This document shows, one piece after another, positions 7,685 to 17,732 of a stretch of DNA of 64,000 nucleotides. This DNA comes from Alphaproteobacteria bacterium (lineage in GTDB: Bacteria; Pseudomonadota; Alphaproteobacteria; GCA-2731375): contig CBDDPY010000002.1 in the NCBI GenBank assembly GCA_965232515.1, positions 2,464,001-2,528,000 of the forward strand, read 5' to 3'. Below the pieces are notes generated by a model. That model was not told the origin of the DNA, made no database searches, and saw only the letters and a list, made by a program, of their open reading frames with translations. Positions within the stretch are counted from its first letter, which is position 1; each line of letters begins with the position of its first letter. A program made the position numbers and the translations under genes.

Positions 7685-8566
7685 CTACCGCCAGCAGCCG
7701 ACGCGGGCGACGAACGGCTTCGCCGCATCGAACGCCATCTGCCGGTCGAGCACGTCGATCGACTCGCCGGTCTGGTAGCGCACGTCATGTTTGTCCAGGA
7801 AATCGAAGATCTGCCGGTTGCGCACCGCGACGCCGATATCGGGCATCACCTTGCCGGTCTGCTGATAGATCGCCGCCGTGTTGAACTTGGCGTGGATGAT
7901 GCCGATCACATGGCCGGTTTCGTCCAGCACCGGGCTGCCGCTGTTGCCGGGCCGGACGTCGCCCCGCACGAAAAACCGGCTGGCCGCGATCGTCGTGCCC
8001 TCGGGCCGATAGATCACGCCCTCGGTATAGAACGGCTTGCGGGGCGCAATGCCCTGGGTCGGATAGCCGACCAGATCGGCGCGGCTGCCGATCCGCATGC
8101 CGGCGCCGTTCCGGAATGCCGCGGTCGCCGGCGCCGCCAGGTCGATGTCCAGCAACGCCAGGTCATAGCGTTCCAGCATGCCCAGAACCTTGGCGCGGCG
8201 CTGCTCGCCCGTCGTGGTTTCGACGGTGTTGACGTCGCACTTGTCGACATTGTGCTTGTTGGTCAGCAGCTTGCCGTCGGCGGCCACGAAAAAGCCGGTG
8301 CCGACGCTGATCAGGTCGCGGTCCGGCACCAATGGCGGCGGGCCGCCTTTCAGGGCCCGCTGCATGCGCTGGATGCGCGCCGCCTTGATCTCGGCCGCGC
8401 GCGCTTCGTTGACCACCTCGCCGTCGCATTTGTGCGCCAGCATGCGCGACACCGTCTGGCGCGCGACATCGTGACAATAGACCACGCTCGACTGCGCGAC
8501 GGCCGCCTCGCCGCCGAGCGCCAACACGGCGCCAAGCCATGCCCAAATGAACAGTCGCAACATCAT
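7685..8566 (-). CDS. Secreted trypsin-like serine protease
   Basis: Signal peptide, GTGFFV, TNKH (His), DLALL (Asp), PGNSGSP (Ser). Confidence 0.88.
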   Translation of the reverse strand: MMLRLFIWAWLGAVLALGGEAAVAQSSVVYCHDVARQTVSRMLAHKCDGEVVNEARAAEIKAARIQRMQRALKGGPPPLVPDRDLISVGTGFFVAADGKLLTNKHNVDKCDVNTVETTTGEQRRAKVLGMLERYDLALLDIDLAAPATAAFRNGAGMRIGSRADLVGYPTQGIAPRKPFYTEGVIYRPEGTTIAASRFFVRGDVRPGNSGSPVLDETGHVIGIIHAKFNTAAIYQQTGKVMPDIGVAVRNRQIFDFLDKHDVRYQTGESIDVLDRQMAFDAAKPFVARVGCWR

Positions 8567-8613
8567 GTCCCGATCAATAATCCATGCCGGTTTCGGCGGC
8601 GTTACCGCGCGTA

Positions 8614-11100
8614 TCAGGCGGTGCTCATATTCTCGCCCAGCCGCTCGCGCGCGACCCGCTCGATAACCTCGCAAAGCTCGGGATCGACGTCCAGCAACTT
8701 ACGAAAGTCCTGCACGTACAGCACCAGCAGATCGCAGAAGCCCAGCGCCTTGACGTCGGCCACCCGCGGCATTTCGGTCAACAGGGCAATCTCGCCGAAC
8801 AGATCGCCGCTGCCGAGCTGCACCGGCTCGGACAGCGCCACTTCCACGGCGCCGTTGGAGATGAAATACATGGCGTCGCCGACATCGCCCTTCCGCATGA
8901 TCAGCTCGCCCGGCAGCGCCAGGCGCGGCTTCAGCAGGCCGACGATCTCGGCGATGCGCTCGGCCGGCAGGTCGCGGAAGAACGGCACCTTGGCGACCAG
9001 CTTCTCCGGCTCCAGCCCGAGATCGAGCCGCGGCAGCTCGGCCAGCTCGTGCGCCCGCGCCTCGACCTCGCGCTCGAGGTCGTCATAGACCTCGTTGTTG
9101 ATGACGGACTCCTCCAGCATGGCGTGGTAGTCCGCCTCCTCCAGGCGCAGCGCGATACGGACCAGGTGGCATTCCTGCAAACGCCGGGCATAGTCGGGAT
9201 ATTGCAACCGCAAGGCGGCGAGCGCCGTTTCCGTCGCCGCCATGCGGTTCTGCACCAACTGCCGCAGGGTCGCGCCGGTGGTCTCGCCCAGCATCGTCGC
9301 GACGCGCGGCAGACCTCGGTTCAGGACCTCGCGCAGCACGCTCTGTTTTTCCAGCAAGACTTCAAATCGCTCGGCAATGCGCATGGCGAGCGGCCCCTGC
9401 CGGCCGAACCGGCGATGCAGCTGCAGCGCCAGCTTGAAGCCGGCCTCGAAGCCGAGATTGCGCCGCACCGCCGCCTCGTAGCCGGCGACGCCACGGGCCT
9501 TCAGCCCATCGAGCGCGTCATCCACGTGCACCAGCAACAACCGCGTGATTTCCGGCTCGATGAAGCCCTCGGCGAAGTGATGCAGATAGATCTTGCGTTC
9601 CTGATTGGCCAGCGTCGCCAGGCCGGTGCGCACGCGGTCGGCCTCCGACATGCCTTGCAGCTGATCGGCCGAGGCTTCGACTTCGGCGACGCGGTCACGG
9701 TACTGCCGCACGACATTCTCGGCCAGATCGGGATCGACCTCCTGCTCGCCGGCCGCCTTCTCGATGCTCTCGCCGATCTTGGCGAGCGACAGCGCCATCG
9801 CCCGGTTGCGGATCGCCAGATCCGCCGGCGACAGCTTGTCGAGACCGAACATCGCCAGCACAGGGCGCATGGTCGTCGCGTTGACGAACAGCGTGAACAG
9901 CACGAAGCCGGTCACCAACACGCCGATGAAGCGCTGGATCTCGGGCGCGATCGCGGCGTTTTCCATGACCGCCAGCGCCAGCGCCAGCGAGACCGCCCCG
10001 CGCAGGCCGCCCCAGAACATCACCGTCTTGAACGCCATGTCGACCCGCTGGCCGAGGCGCACCCGACGCATCAGCGGGATCAGGCCGTAGATCACCACGG
10101 CCCGCGCGGCAAAGGCAGTGACGATCACCAGGCCGACGAGCAGAAACTCGCGGCCGCTGATGTCGGCCATGATGCTGGGCACGGCCAGGCCGACCAGCAC
10201 GAAGATCAGCGAATTGGCCCAGAAACCGATCTGCTCCCAGGTCTCGGTCAGTATATGCCAGGTGTTGGGCGAGATCGTGGTGCGGCCATAGGAGCCGACG
10301 ACCAATGCCGCCACGACAACCGCGACGACGCCGGAGACGTGGAGATAGTGCTCGGCGATGATGAAGGTCAGATACGCGAGGCTGATGGTCAGCGTCACCT
10401 CGACCAGCGGCACGTCGCGCAGGCGCGCGATCACCGCGCAGACCGCCCGCGCGCAGAGATAGCCAACGACACCGCCGCCGACGAAGACCTTGATAAAGGT
10501 CAGGCTGCCGGACAGCACGCCCGTGTCCTCGGCGCCCAGCAGCATCGCCGCCAGGATCGTGAACATGACGATGGCGGTCGCGTCGTTGAACAGGCTCTCG
10601 CCCTCGACCAGGATCGCGAGGCGCTTCGGGGCGCCCAGATCCTTGAAGATCGCCACCACCGCGACCGGATCCGTCGCGGAGACGATGGCGCCCAGCAGCA
10701 GGCAGGCGATGAGGCCGACGCCCGCGACGGCGTGCAGCGTGTAGCCGACGACGAAGGTCGAAATCAGCAACCCGGCCACGGCCAGGAACAGGATCGGCCC
10801 GATATCGTCCAGCAGACGCCGCACGTCGATCGCCAGCGCCGCCTCGAACACCAACGCGGGCAGGAACACGAACAGCACCGCGTCGGACGTAATCTCGAAA
10901 CCTTTGAGGGCGCCCAGGAAATCGCCGACCGGACCGACCTGCACCGCCTCGCCCAGCAGCGAAACCGCGCCCAGGACACAGCCGACCACCGCCAGCAGAA
11001 CCGTGTAGGGAAAGTTCAGCCGTCGCGCCGCCGGCAGCATCAGAACGGCCAGCGCCAGCAACCCGGCCAGCCCCAACACCGTCGCCCACAACTCCCCCAT
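8614..11100 (-). CDS. CPA1 Na+/H+ antiporter with a C-terminal cyclic-nucleotide-binding domain
   Basis: FLPALVFEAA, SATDPVAV, EGESLFND, GGLRGAVSLAL; C-terminal GD.MYFI..G.V...GDLFGEIALL...PRVADV. Confidence 0.93.
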   Translation of the reverse strand: MGELWATVLGLAGLLALAVLMLPAARRLNFPYTVLLAVVGCVLGAVSLLGEAVQVGPVGDFLGALKGFEITSDAVLFVFLPALVFEAALAIDVRRLLDDIGPILFLAVAGLLISTFVVGYTLHAVAGVGLIACLLLGAIVSATDPVAVVAIFKDLGAPKRLAILVEGESLFNDATAIVMFTILAAMLLGAEDTGVLSGSLTFIKVFVGGGVVGYLCARAVCAVIARLRDVPLVEVTLTISLAYLTFIIAEHYLHVSGVVAVVVAALVVGSYGRTTISPNTWHILTETWEQIGFWANSLIFVLVGLAVPSIMADISGREFLLVGLVIVTAFAARAVVIYGLIPLMRRVRLGQRVDMAFKTVMFWGGLRGAVSLALALAVMENAAIAPEIQRFIGVLVTGFVLFTLFVNATTMRPVLAMFGLDKLSPADLAIRNRAMALSLAKIGESIEKAAGEQEVDPDLAENVVRQYRDRVAEVEASADQLQGMSEADRVRTGLATLANQERKIYLHHFAEGFIEPEITRLLLVHVDDALDGLKARGVAGYEAAVRRNLGFEAGFKLALQLHRRFGRQGPLAMRIAERFEVLLEKQSVLREVLNRGLPRVATMLGETTGATLRQLVQNRMAATETALAALRLQYPDYARRLQECHLVRIALRLEEADYHAMLEESVINNEVYDDLEREVEARAHELAELPRLDLGLEPEKLVAKVPFFRDLPAERIAEIVGLLKPRLALPGELIMRKGDVGDAMYFISNGAVEVALSEPVQLGSGDLFGEIALLTEMPRVADVKALGFCDLLVLYVQDFRKLLDVDPELCEVIERVARERLGENMSTA

Positions 11101-11387
11101 CGGCGCCCGCCCCTGTCGAAATCGCCCCCGCGGGCGAATCGTCGCCGCGGCGGTCTTTCAATTACCTTAGCAAATTCCGGCGTCGGAACGACGCCGCTCG
11201 ATCGGCGGCGGACCGAATGGCAAATCGACGCCCCGCGCTTGCGCCTAGAAGCAGGTGAATCCGGCGACGCTGAGATCCCAAACGATCTCGAAGCCGTGCG
11301 TCAGCCAAAGGTAGCCGCCCGACGCGATCGCCAGCAGCGAAAGCAGGACAACAGGCCCGTATGGGAATGTGCCCGCGGGTCTCGGTC

Positions 11388-12590
11388 TCATGCCGCAACT
11401 TCGGCGACGGACGCGCCCGAGGCGATCGGGCGTTCCCGTATCGGCCAGTGCAGCAGGGCCGAGAGGACCGCGAGGCCGATACTCGCGATCCACATGACGT
11501 CGTAGGAACCGAGGACGTCGAACGCATAGCCGCCGAACCAGGCGCCAAGAAAGCCGCCGATCTGATGGCCCAGAAAGACCATGCCGAAGACCATCGACAT
11601 GTACCGGGTGCCGAAGATCGCGCCGACCAGGCCGCTGGTCAACGGCACCGTACCCAACCAGGTGACGCCGATGAGCGCGGCAAAGATCAGCACCGACAGG
11701 GGCGTCACGGGCACCAGAATAAAGCCGACGAAGATTCCCGCACGCAGCAGGTAGAGCGAGCTCAACACGAATTTCTTCGGATACCTGTCGCCCAGCCAAC
11801 CGCACAGGTAGCAGCCGACGATGTTCGCGATCCCGACAACGGTCAACGCGCTGGCCGCCAGCCACGGATCGAAGCCCTTGTCCGACAGGTATCCGGGGAG
11901 ATGAATGGCCACAAAGGCGAGATGGAAACCGCAGACCGTGAACCCGGCATTGAGCAGCCAAAAGCTCTTCGCGCCACACGCCGCGCGAAAAGCGGCCGAC
12001 ATCGATTGCGAACCCGTCGGTATCTCGGCAGCGCGACGACCGGCGACGCCAAAGGCCAGCGGCGTGATCAGCAACGCCGTCGCGCTCAGGACGATGAGGC
12101 TCGTCGCCCAGCCGGTGCCGTCAATCAGGACGTGGGTGTAGGGCAGCGCCACGAATTGACCGATCGACCCGCCAACCGAGACCAGGCCGAGCGCCGCGCC
12201 GCGCCGCGCCGGGTGAACTGCCCGACCGACCGTGCCCAATATGACCGTGAAGCCGGAACCGCTGAGTCCAAGACCGATCAGGACGCCACCGAGCAACAGC
12301 TGATCGCCAGATCCGCCAAACGTCATCACCCACAGGCCACACCCGTAAGCGACGCCGGCGGCCGCGACGACGCGCCCGGCCCCATAGCGATCGGCCAGAG
12401 CGCCCGCCAGGGGAGCGCCCAAGCCCCAAAGCAGGTTCATCAGCCCCATGCTCAACGCGAAGGTCTCGCGCCCGATCCCGAGGTCCATCGAGATCGGCGT
12501 CAGATAGAGCCCGAGGCCCTGACGCAGCCCAATAGACAGCGCCAAAATGCAGCTCGCGGACAGAACGATTACCCAAATCCCGGCCTTCAC
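11388..12590 (-). CDS. MFS transporter
   Basis: About 12 hydrophobic segments, GALADRYGA motif A, CGFHLAF, HQIGGFLG. Confidence 0.9.
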   Translation of the reverse strand: MKAGIWVIVLSASCILALSIGLRQGLGLYLTPISMDLGIGRETFALSMGLMNLLWGLGAPLAGALADRYGAGRVVAAAGVAYGCGLWVMTFGGSGDQLLLGGVLIGLGLSGSGFTVILGTVGRAVHPARRGAALGLVSVGGSIGQFVALPYTHVLIDGTGWATSLIVLSATALLITPLAFGVAGRRAAEIPTGSQSMSAAFRAACGAKSFWLLNAGFTVCGFHLAFVAIHLPGYLSDKGFDPWLAASALTVVGIANIVGCYLCGWLGDRYPKKFVLSSLYLLRAGIFVGFILVPVTPLSVLIFAALIGVTWLGTVPLTSGLVGAIFGTRYMSMVFGMVFLGHQIGGFLGAWFGGYAFDVLGSYDVMWIASIGLAVLSALLHWPIRERPIASGASVAEVAA

Positions 12591-12681
12591 GCGAAACCCC
12601 GTCGTGACTGGTTCGAAATCGACAGGCGTGGAGACTAGAGGCCATTTACTTATTCTGAAAACGAATTAATATGATGGAATA

Positions 12682-12696
12682 ATCAAGATCTGTGAT
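12682..12696. promoter_or_regulatory. LysR-type operator in the divergent MFS/LysR promoter
   Basis: ATC-N9-GAT (T-N11-A) in an AT-rich intergenic region directly before the LysR start. Confidence 0.5.
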
Positions 12697-12701
12697 ATCT
12701 G

Positions 12702-13601
12702 ATGAATTCGGACCTGAATATCGATCTCCTGCGCGCGTTCATAGCGGTGGCCGAAACGCGCCATTTCACACGCGCCGCGGAACGTCTCAATCGCGGGCAA
12801 TCCGCGGTCAGTATGCAGATCAAACGGCTCGAAGAAGCCGTCGGTCAGAAGCTCCTGATCCGCAACCGACGCCACGTTACGCCCACCGTCGAGGGCGAGA
12901 AGCTTCTCGGCTATGCGCACCGCATGGTGCAGCTCAACGCGGAAGCCTTGTCGAGTTTCGGTCGCGACAGTGTCGCCGGCCTGGTTCGGCTCGGCGCCAC
13001 CGATACCTCGGTCTCTTACCTGCCGCCGGTGTTGGCCGCCTTCGCGGAACGCTATCCGTTGATCGAGCTGGAACTGAGTTGTAGCAGAAGTTGGGAAGCG
13101 CTCGACTCCTTCGAGGCCCGCGACGTCGACATCGCGCTTGTGTCCCAGCCATGCGGACGCGACACGGGCCTGCAGGTGCGGTCGGAACCGTTGTGCTGGG
13201 CCGTATCCGCGCGCAGCAACATCGCCGACCAGGATCCGTTGCCGCTGGCGATCTTTGCGCCAGGCTGTGTCTATCGGGACGCGGCCCTTAAGGCCCTTGA
13301 CGCCTGCGGCCGATCCTATCGTCTCGCCTATCACAGCCCGAACTGGGGCGGTCTGGACGCCGCGGTGTCCGCAGGCCTGGCGGTGACCATCCTGCCCGAG
13401 AGCGCGCTCACGCCCGTGCTGCGGCCGCTGGGGCCTGATCAGGGCATGCCAGCTTTGCCGCCGATAGAAATTCTTCTGTTCGCCCGGCAATCCGGTCAAT
13501 CCGATGCGGTCGCCGCCCTTGCGGATATCGTCGTTGAGACGCTCGACATCGCGACGATGCCGACGTTGACGACGTCTAACAGAGCCGCGTCCCGGCCATG
13601 A
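12702..13601 (+). CDS. LysR-family transcriptional regulator
   Basis: LLRAFIAVAE..HFTRAAERLNRGQSAVSMQIKRLEE HTH followed by a substrate-binding domain. Confidence 0.95.
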   Translation: MNSDLNIDLLRAFIAVAETRHFTRAAERLNRGQSAVSMQIKRLEEAVGQKLLIRNRRHVTPTVEGEKLLGYAHRMVQLNAEALSSFGRDSVAGLVRLGATDTSVSYLPPVLAAFAERYPLIELELSCSRSWEALDSFEARDVDIALVSQPCGRDTGLQVRSEPLCWAVSARSNIADQDPLPLAIFAPGCVYRDAALKALDACGRSYRLAYHSPNWGGLDAAVSAGLAVTILPESALTPVLRPLGPDQGMPALPPIEILLFARQSGQSDAVAALADIVVETLDIATMPTLTTSNRAASRP

Positions 13602-13656
13602 GCGCCACTATCGCCGGTCCGCTTCATGACCCCGGACCGGGCTGGTCGACCGCTGC

Positions 13657-14319
13657 CTAACGCCGTTTTGCGCCGGCGATCAGGGCGACGTTGCCGTGCA
13701 GGTGCAGGACGACCATCGACATGCCGGCGCTGGCGAACCAGTCGAAATAGTCGCCGAGGCTTGCCGGACGGTTGGTGTTGCTGAGATCTTCGACATAAGC
13801 CTCGAAGCTTTCGGCGGTGCGCATACCGTCGCCATGCAGCCGTTCGATTCGCCGCCAGATGCTCTGCTGCAGCGGGAACAGCTCGGCCTCTGTCAGCCGT
13901 AGCCGGTCGTACAGCAGGAAATAGCCGTCGTCGCTCATATGCTCGACCGCCCAGGCGATCACCGACTGCTTTGCCGCGTCGCTCAGGTCGTGAAAGGTCA
14001 GCGCGGAATAAACGATGCGGAAATAACCCCGTGGCAGGTCGATCTCCGAGGCCACCATCAGATCGCCCTCGACCGAACGCCAACGATCGCCGTATTTCGC
14101 CAGGTTTCCGGCCGCCTCCGCCAGTGCCTTCTCCGACACGTCGACGCCGGTGATCTGCAGATCCGGCCGCTTTTCCAGGATCAGACCGGCGACATAACCG
14201 CCGCCACAGCCGAGGTCGACCAGCCGGTCGCCCTGCGCCGTCTGCTCATCCACAACACTTGCTAAAATGTCGAGTTGCTCTGTCCGCGTCGGATGACGCT
14301 GAATAGGATCGTCCATCAT
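13657..14319 (-). CDS. Class I SAM-dependent methyltransferase
   Basis: LVDLGCGGG, ITGVDVS, SALTFHDL. Start trimmed to ATG 14319. Confidence 0.85.
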   Translation of the reverse strand: MMDDPIQRHPTRTEQLDILASVVDEQTAQGDRLVDLGCGGGYVAGLILEKRPDLQITGVDVSEKALAEAAGNLAKYGDRWRSVEGDLMVASEIDLPRGYFRIVYSALTFHDLSDAAKQSVIAWAVEHMSDDGYFLLYDRLRLTEAELFPLQQSIWRRIERLHGDGMRTAESFEAYVEDLSNTNRPASLGDYFDWFASAGMSMVVLHLHGNVALIAGAKRR

Positions 14320-14526
14320 GTACCGCCCTGCCGAGCCCGAACCGCGCTCGCCTTCAATATAGCATTTCAACCGCGACTCTTCAGCACCGCCGCGATCAAA
14401 ATTAACGCCGCCGCTCGGTTTGCCGCGTATCGGCCGCAACAATTTTGCGTCACTGAAGCTGCACTATTCGCTCATGCAAGGGGGTCGGCAGGTGGGCGTG
14501 CATGCCGCCATCGGCTGAACGCCGGC

Positions 14527-17238
14527 CTACTTCTCCGTCATCGTCCAGACGCCGTCCCAGTCCGGCCCGGGCGGGTGCGCGCGGTAATAGTCGCAGCGGT
14601 CGAGATAGATCTGCGAGGGCTGATCGTCGGGACTGGCCGAAAGCGCGGCGCGGAAACAGCCGGCGGCGGCGTCCCAATCGCCGGCGCGGTATTTCGACAG
14701 CCCATTTGTATAGGCCTCCAGCACCTCCGGCAGGCGCGGGAACGTCTCGTCGGTGTGATAGTCCAGCGCCTCGAACACGGCGACCGGCTCGTCCTTGCCC
14801 TTGACCCGGATCAGATCGATCTCGCGCATCAGCGCGCCGTTGTTCATGTCGCGCACCGTATGCTCGCTCAGCAGAATGCCGCAGCCGTAATACTTGGTCG
14901 CCGATTCCAGCCGCGCCGCCAGGTTCACGCTGTCGCCGATGACCGTGTATTCCATGCGCCGCGGCGAACCGATGCTGCCGGCCACGACGACGCCGGTGCT
15001 GATGCCGATGCCGATGCGGATCGGCGCCCGGTTGTTGGCCGCCCGCCGCGCGTTCAGCGTGCGCAGCGCGATCATCATGTCGTTCGCCGTGCGCACCGCG
15101 TCGTCGGCGTCGTGCGGGCCGTCGAACGGCGCGCCGAACAGCGCCATGATCGCGTCGCCGATGTATTTGTCCAGGATGCCGCCGTGCTGAAAGATGGCGT
15201 CGACCATCTCGGCGAAATACTCGTTCAGCATGGCCACGGTCTCGCGCGCGCCGAGCGATTCCGAAGACGAGGTAAAGCCGCGCACGTCGGAGAACAGGAT
15301 CGAGACCTTCTGATCCTTGCCGCCCAGCTCCGCCTCGCCGCCGGCCAGGAGCTGATCGGCGACCTCCTTGCTCATGTAGCGCGCCATGGTCGTCTTCACG
15401 CGCTTCTCGGATGTGATGTCCTCGATGATCAGCATCGAGCCGATATGCTCATGCTCGAGGCCGATCAGCGGCACCACGGTCAGGTTCATGGACTTGGTCT
15501 CGGCGTCCGCCAGCACGAAGTCGGCATCGACCGAAATATCCTCCTGGCCGGTGTCTTCGACCCGGTCGAGGCTGTCCAGGATCCAGGCGTTGGCGTCCCG
15601 GCAGAGTTCGTCGGCCGTGCGGCCGACCAGTGCCTCCTGCGCCAGCCCGACAAGGCGGCAGGCGGCCTCGTTGACGGTGACGACCCGGCGCTCGTTGTCG
15701 AGCGTGATCAGGCCGTTGCTGGTACTCTCGATAATGCTCTCGTTGTAATTCTTGATCGTCAGCACGTCATCGAACAGCTGCGCGTTCTCCAGCGACATGG
15801 CGATCTGCGCCGTGAACGCCCTGAGTCTCGCCTCGTCTTTCAGCGTGAAGTCGCCGCGGCGCTTGTTCAGCACCTGCGTGACGCCGATGCGGTGGCCGGT
15901 CTTGCTGGCGATCGGCATGCACAACAGGCTGCGCGTGACGAAACCGGTCTGCTGGTCGAAGTCGGGGTTGAAGCGGGGATCGGCGTAGGGGGTCGAGGTA
16001 TTGACGGTCTCGCCGCTGCTGAACACCGCGCCGGCGATGCCGGCGTCGGCCGGGAAGCGGATCTCCTTGTTCTCCAGCCCTTCCGCCACCCGCGACCACA
16101 GCTCGTCGGTCTTGGCGTCGAACACGAACAGCGTGCTGCGCTCGGCATCCAGCAGGTCGGTGGTCGCGCCCATGATCCGGCCCAGCAGCGCGTCGAGCTG
16201 CAGCTCGCCCGAGAGATCGTGCGAGACCTCGAGAATGCGCGCTTCGTCGCGCAGGCCCTCGACCATCAGATTGAAGCCGCGAAACAGGTCGGCGTATTCG
16301 TCGGTGCCCGAGACGCTCAGTTCGGTGTCCAGCTCGCCGTGCTCGACCTTGTGCATGGCGATCGCCAGTTCGGCCGCCGAGCGCGACATCTCGTTCGCCG
16401 TCAGCACCGACATGGCCAGCGCGCCGCCCATGCAGACCAGCACGACGCCGGCGATCCACATCCACAACGGCATCATCATCTCCGCCGTCGCCTCGATGCC
16501 GAGGTCGGCGATCAACAGGTCGATCTTGAAAATCACCGAGGCGGCGAAGAACAGAAGCGGCAGCGCGGCGACGAATACCGACAGGTACATCAGCTTGTTG
16601 CTGAGCTTGATCGATATCAGGTCGTCCTGGTCCGCCCGCTCCAGCCCCTCGCAATAGGGCCAGAGTTGCTGCACCAGGCCGGATGCGCGGCGCGAGATGG
16701 CGAAGAACTCGAAAATGGCGTGCGTCGGCGAGGCGAAGATCAGGATCGTCGCGCCCAGGATCCAGACCTGCCAGGGCTGATAGCCGGTGCCGACGGCGAC
16801 GTTCAGCACGAACATCGCCAGCACCAGCAGGATGGCCGCGGCCGGGCCATGGAAGAACGTCACGCGGATGAACGAATAAAACGGCAGGTTCAGCGTGCGG
16901 GCGATCGCCTTCGACACCTCGGCATTGGGCGGCGTTTCGCCGCGCGCCAGCCGCGTCAGCACCGTCCCGATCGGCGCGTGGTGCCGGGCGATGATGTAGA
17001 TGTCGCCGATGACGTAGATCGCGACGATGACCGGCGTCACGACCAGCAGATAGGCCAGCTGACCGAGCGTCAGTTCCAGGCCGAGCAGCACCAGCAACAG
17101 CGTCACCGCGACAGCCGCGAGCGAGCCCTTGACGTAGATCCAGACCAGATCCCGCAACGTGCCGCCGGCCGTTTTGGCCACGGTCGCGGCACCATCGTCG
17201 GATGCGCGGTGTACGGTCTTGTCGACCATATCGACCAT
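14527..17238 (-). CDS. Membrane class III adenylate cyclase (TM-HAMP-GAF-PAS-cyclase-TPR-like)
   Basis: FSDVRGFT, DKYIGDAIMALF (Lys implies ATP specificity), EYTVIGDSVNLAARLES, GAF motif DPRFN..D..TGF.TRSLLCMP. Confidence 0.93.
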   Translation of the reverse strand: MVDMVDKTVHRASDDGAATVAKTAGGTLRDLVWIYVKGSLAAVAVTLLLVLLGLELTLGQLAYLLVVTPVIVAIYVIGDIYIIARHHAPIGTVLTRLARGETPPNAEVSKAIARTLNLPFYSFIRVTFFHGPAAAILLVLAMFVLNVAVGTGYQPWQVWILGATILIFASPTHAIFEFFAISRRASGLVQQLWPYCEGLERADQDDLISIKLSNKLMYLSVFVAALPLLFFAASVIFKIDLLIADLGIEATAEMMMPLWMWIAGVVLVCMGGALAMSVLTANEMSRSAAELAIAMHKVEHGELDTELSVSGTDEYADLFRGFNLMVEGLRDEARILEVSHDLSGELQLDALLGRIMGATTDLLDAERSTLFVFDAKTDELWSRVAEGLENKEIRFPADAGIAGAVFSSGETVNTSTPYADPRFNPDFDQQTGFVTRSLLCMPIASKTGHRIGVTQVLNKRRGDFTLKDEARLRAFTAQIAMSLENAQLFDDVLTIKNYNESIIESTSNGLITLDNERRVVTVNEAACRLVGLAQEALVGRTADELCRDANAWILDSLDRVEDTGQEDISVDADFVLADAETKSMNLTVVPLIGLEHEHIGSMLIIEDITSEKRVKTTMARYMSKEVADQLLAGGEAELGGKDQKVSILFSDVRGFTSSSESLGARETVAMLNEYFAEMVDAIFQHGGILDKYIGDAIMALFGAPFDGPHDADDAVRTANDMMIALRTLNARRAANNRAPIRIGIGISTGVVVAGSIGSPRRMEYTVIGDSVNLAARLESATKYYGCGILLSEHTVRDMNNGALMREIDLIRVKGKDEPVAVFEALDYHTDETFPRLPEVLEAYTNGLSKYRAGDWDAAAGCFRAALSASPDDQPSQIYLDRCDYYRAHPPGPDWDGVWTMTEK

Positions 17239-17410
17239 CGCGAATTCGCCCTTGGTATGAGCCACCGGCCCGGCCGGTGTCCCAACTCTGTCGGTTGCTA
17301 GCCCCCCTCATGGGCGACCGCCATGAGGCGCTGATATGGCGTCATAACGCGCGACGAATATTTGACCATATCGCCGCAGACAGGTCTACGCGACGGCACG
17401 CGCCGATGAC

Positions 17411-17426
17411 TGTGAAGCGTGTCACG
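17411..17426. promoter_or_regulatory. CRP-type site upstream of the adenylate cyclase
   Basis: TGTGA-AGCGTG-TCACG, one mismatch. Confidence 0.5.
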
Positions 17427-17690
17427 CCCATTGCGTCGCGCCGCCTTGTTCGGCGGGCGACGGCGGCCGGACCGACGCGATCACTTTTTCGTCAATTCAC
17501 GCCCGCGAATCGCCGCGCGGGCGTTTGCGCTTGTCGGCATCCGTCGTTTGACATAACATCGGAAACGTCACGGGAGGTTAAAAAGATGACACCACCCGAC
17601 AAGCCCAACGGCTCCGACAACTAGTCTAGCTTTACAAAAATGATCCCGGCGTCCCACGTCGGGCGGTGAACTTGCAGAGTCACCCATGCG

Positions 17691-17721
17691 CCCCGCCGAA
17701 TGCGCACCCCGCGCGGCGGGG
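17691..17721. terminator. GC-rich hairpin downstream of the ABC permease
   Basis: CCCCGCCG...CGGCGGGG inverted repeat; no clear U-tract. Confidence 0.35.
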
Positions 17722-17732
17722 CTCGCTGTTAT

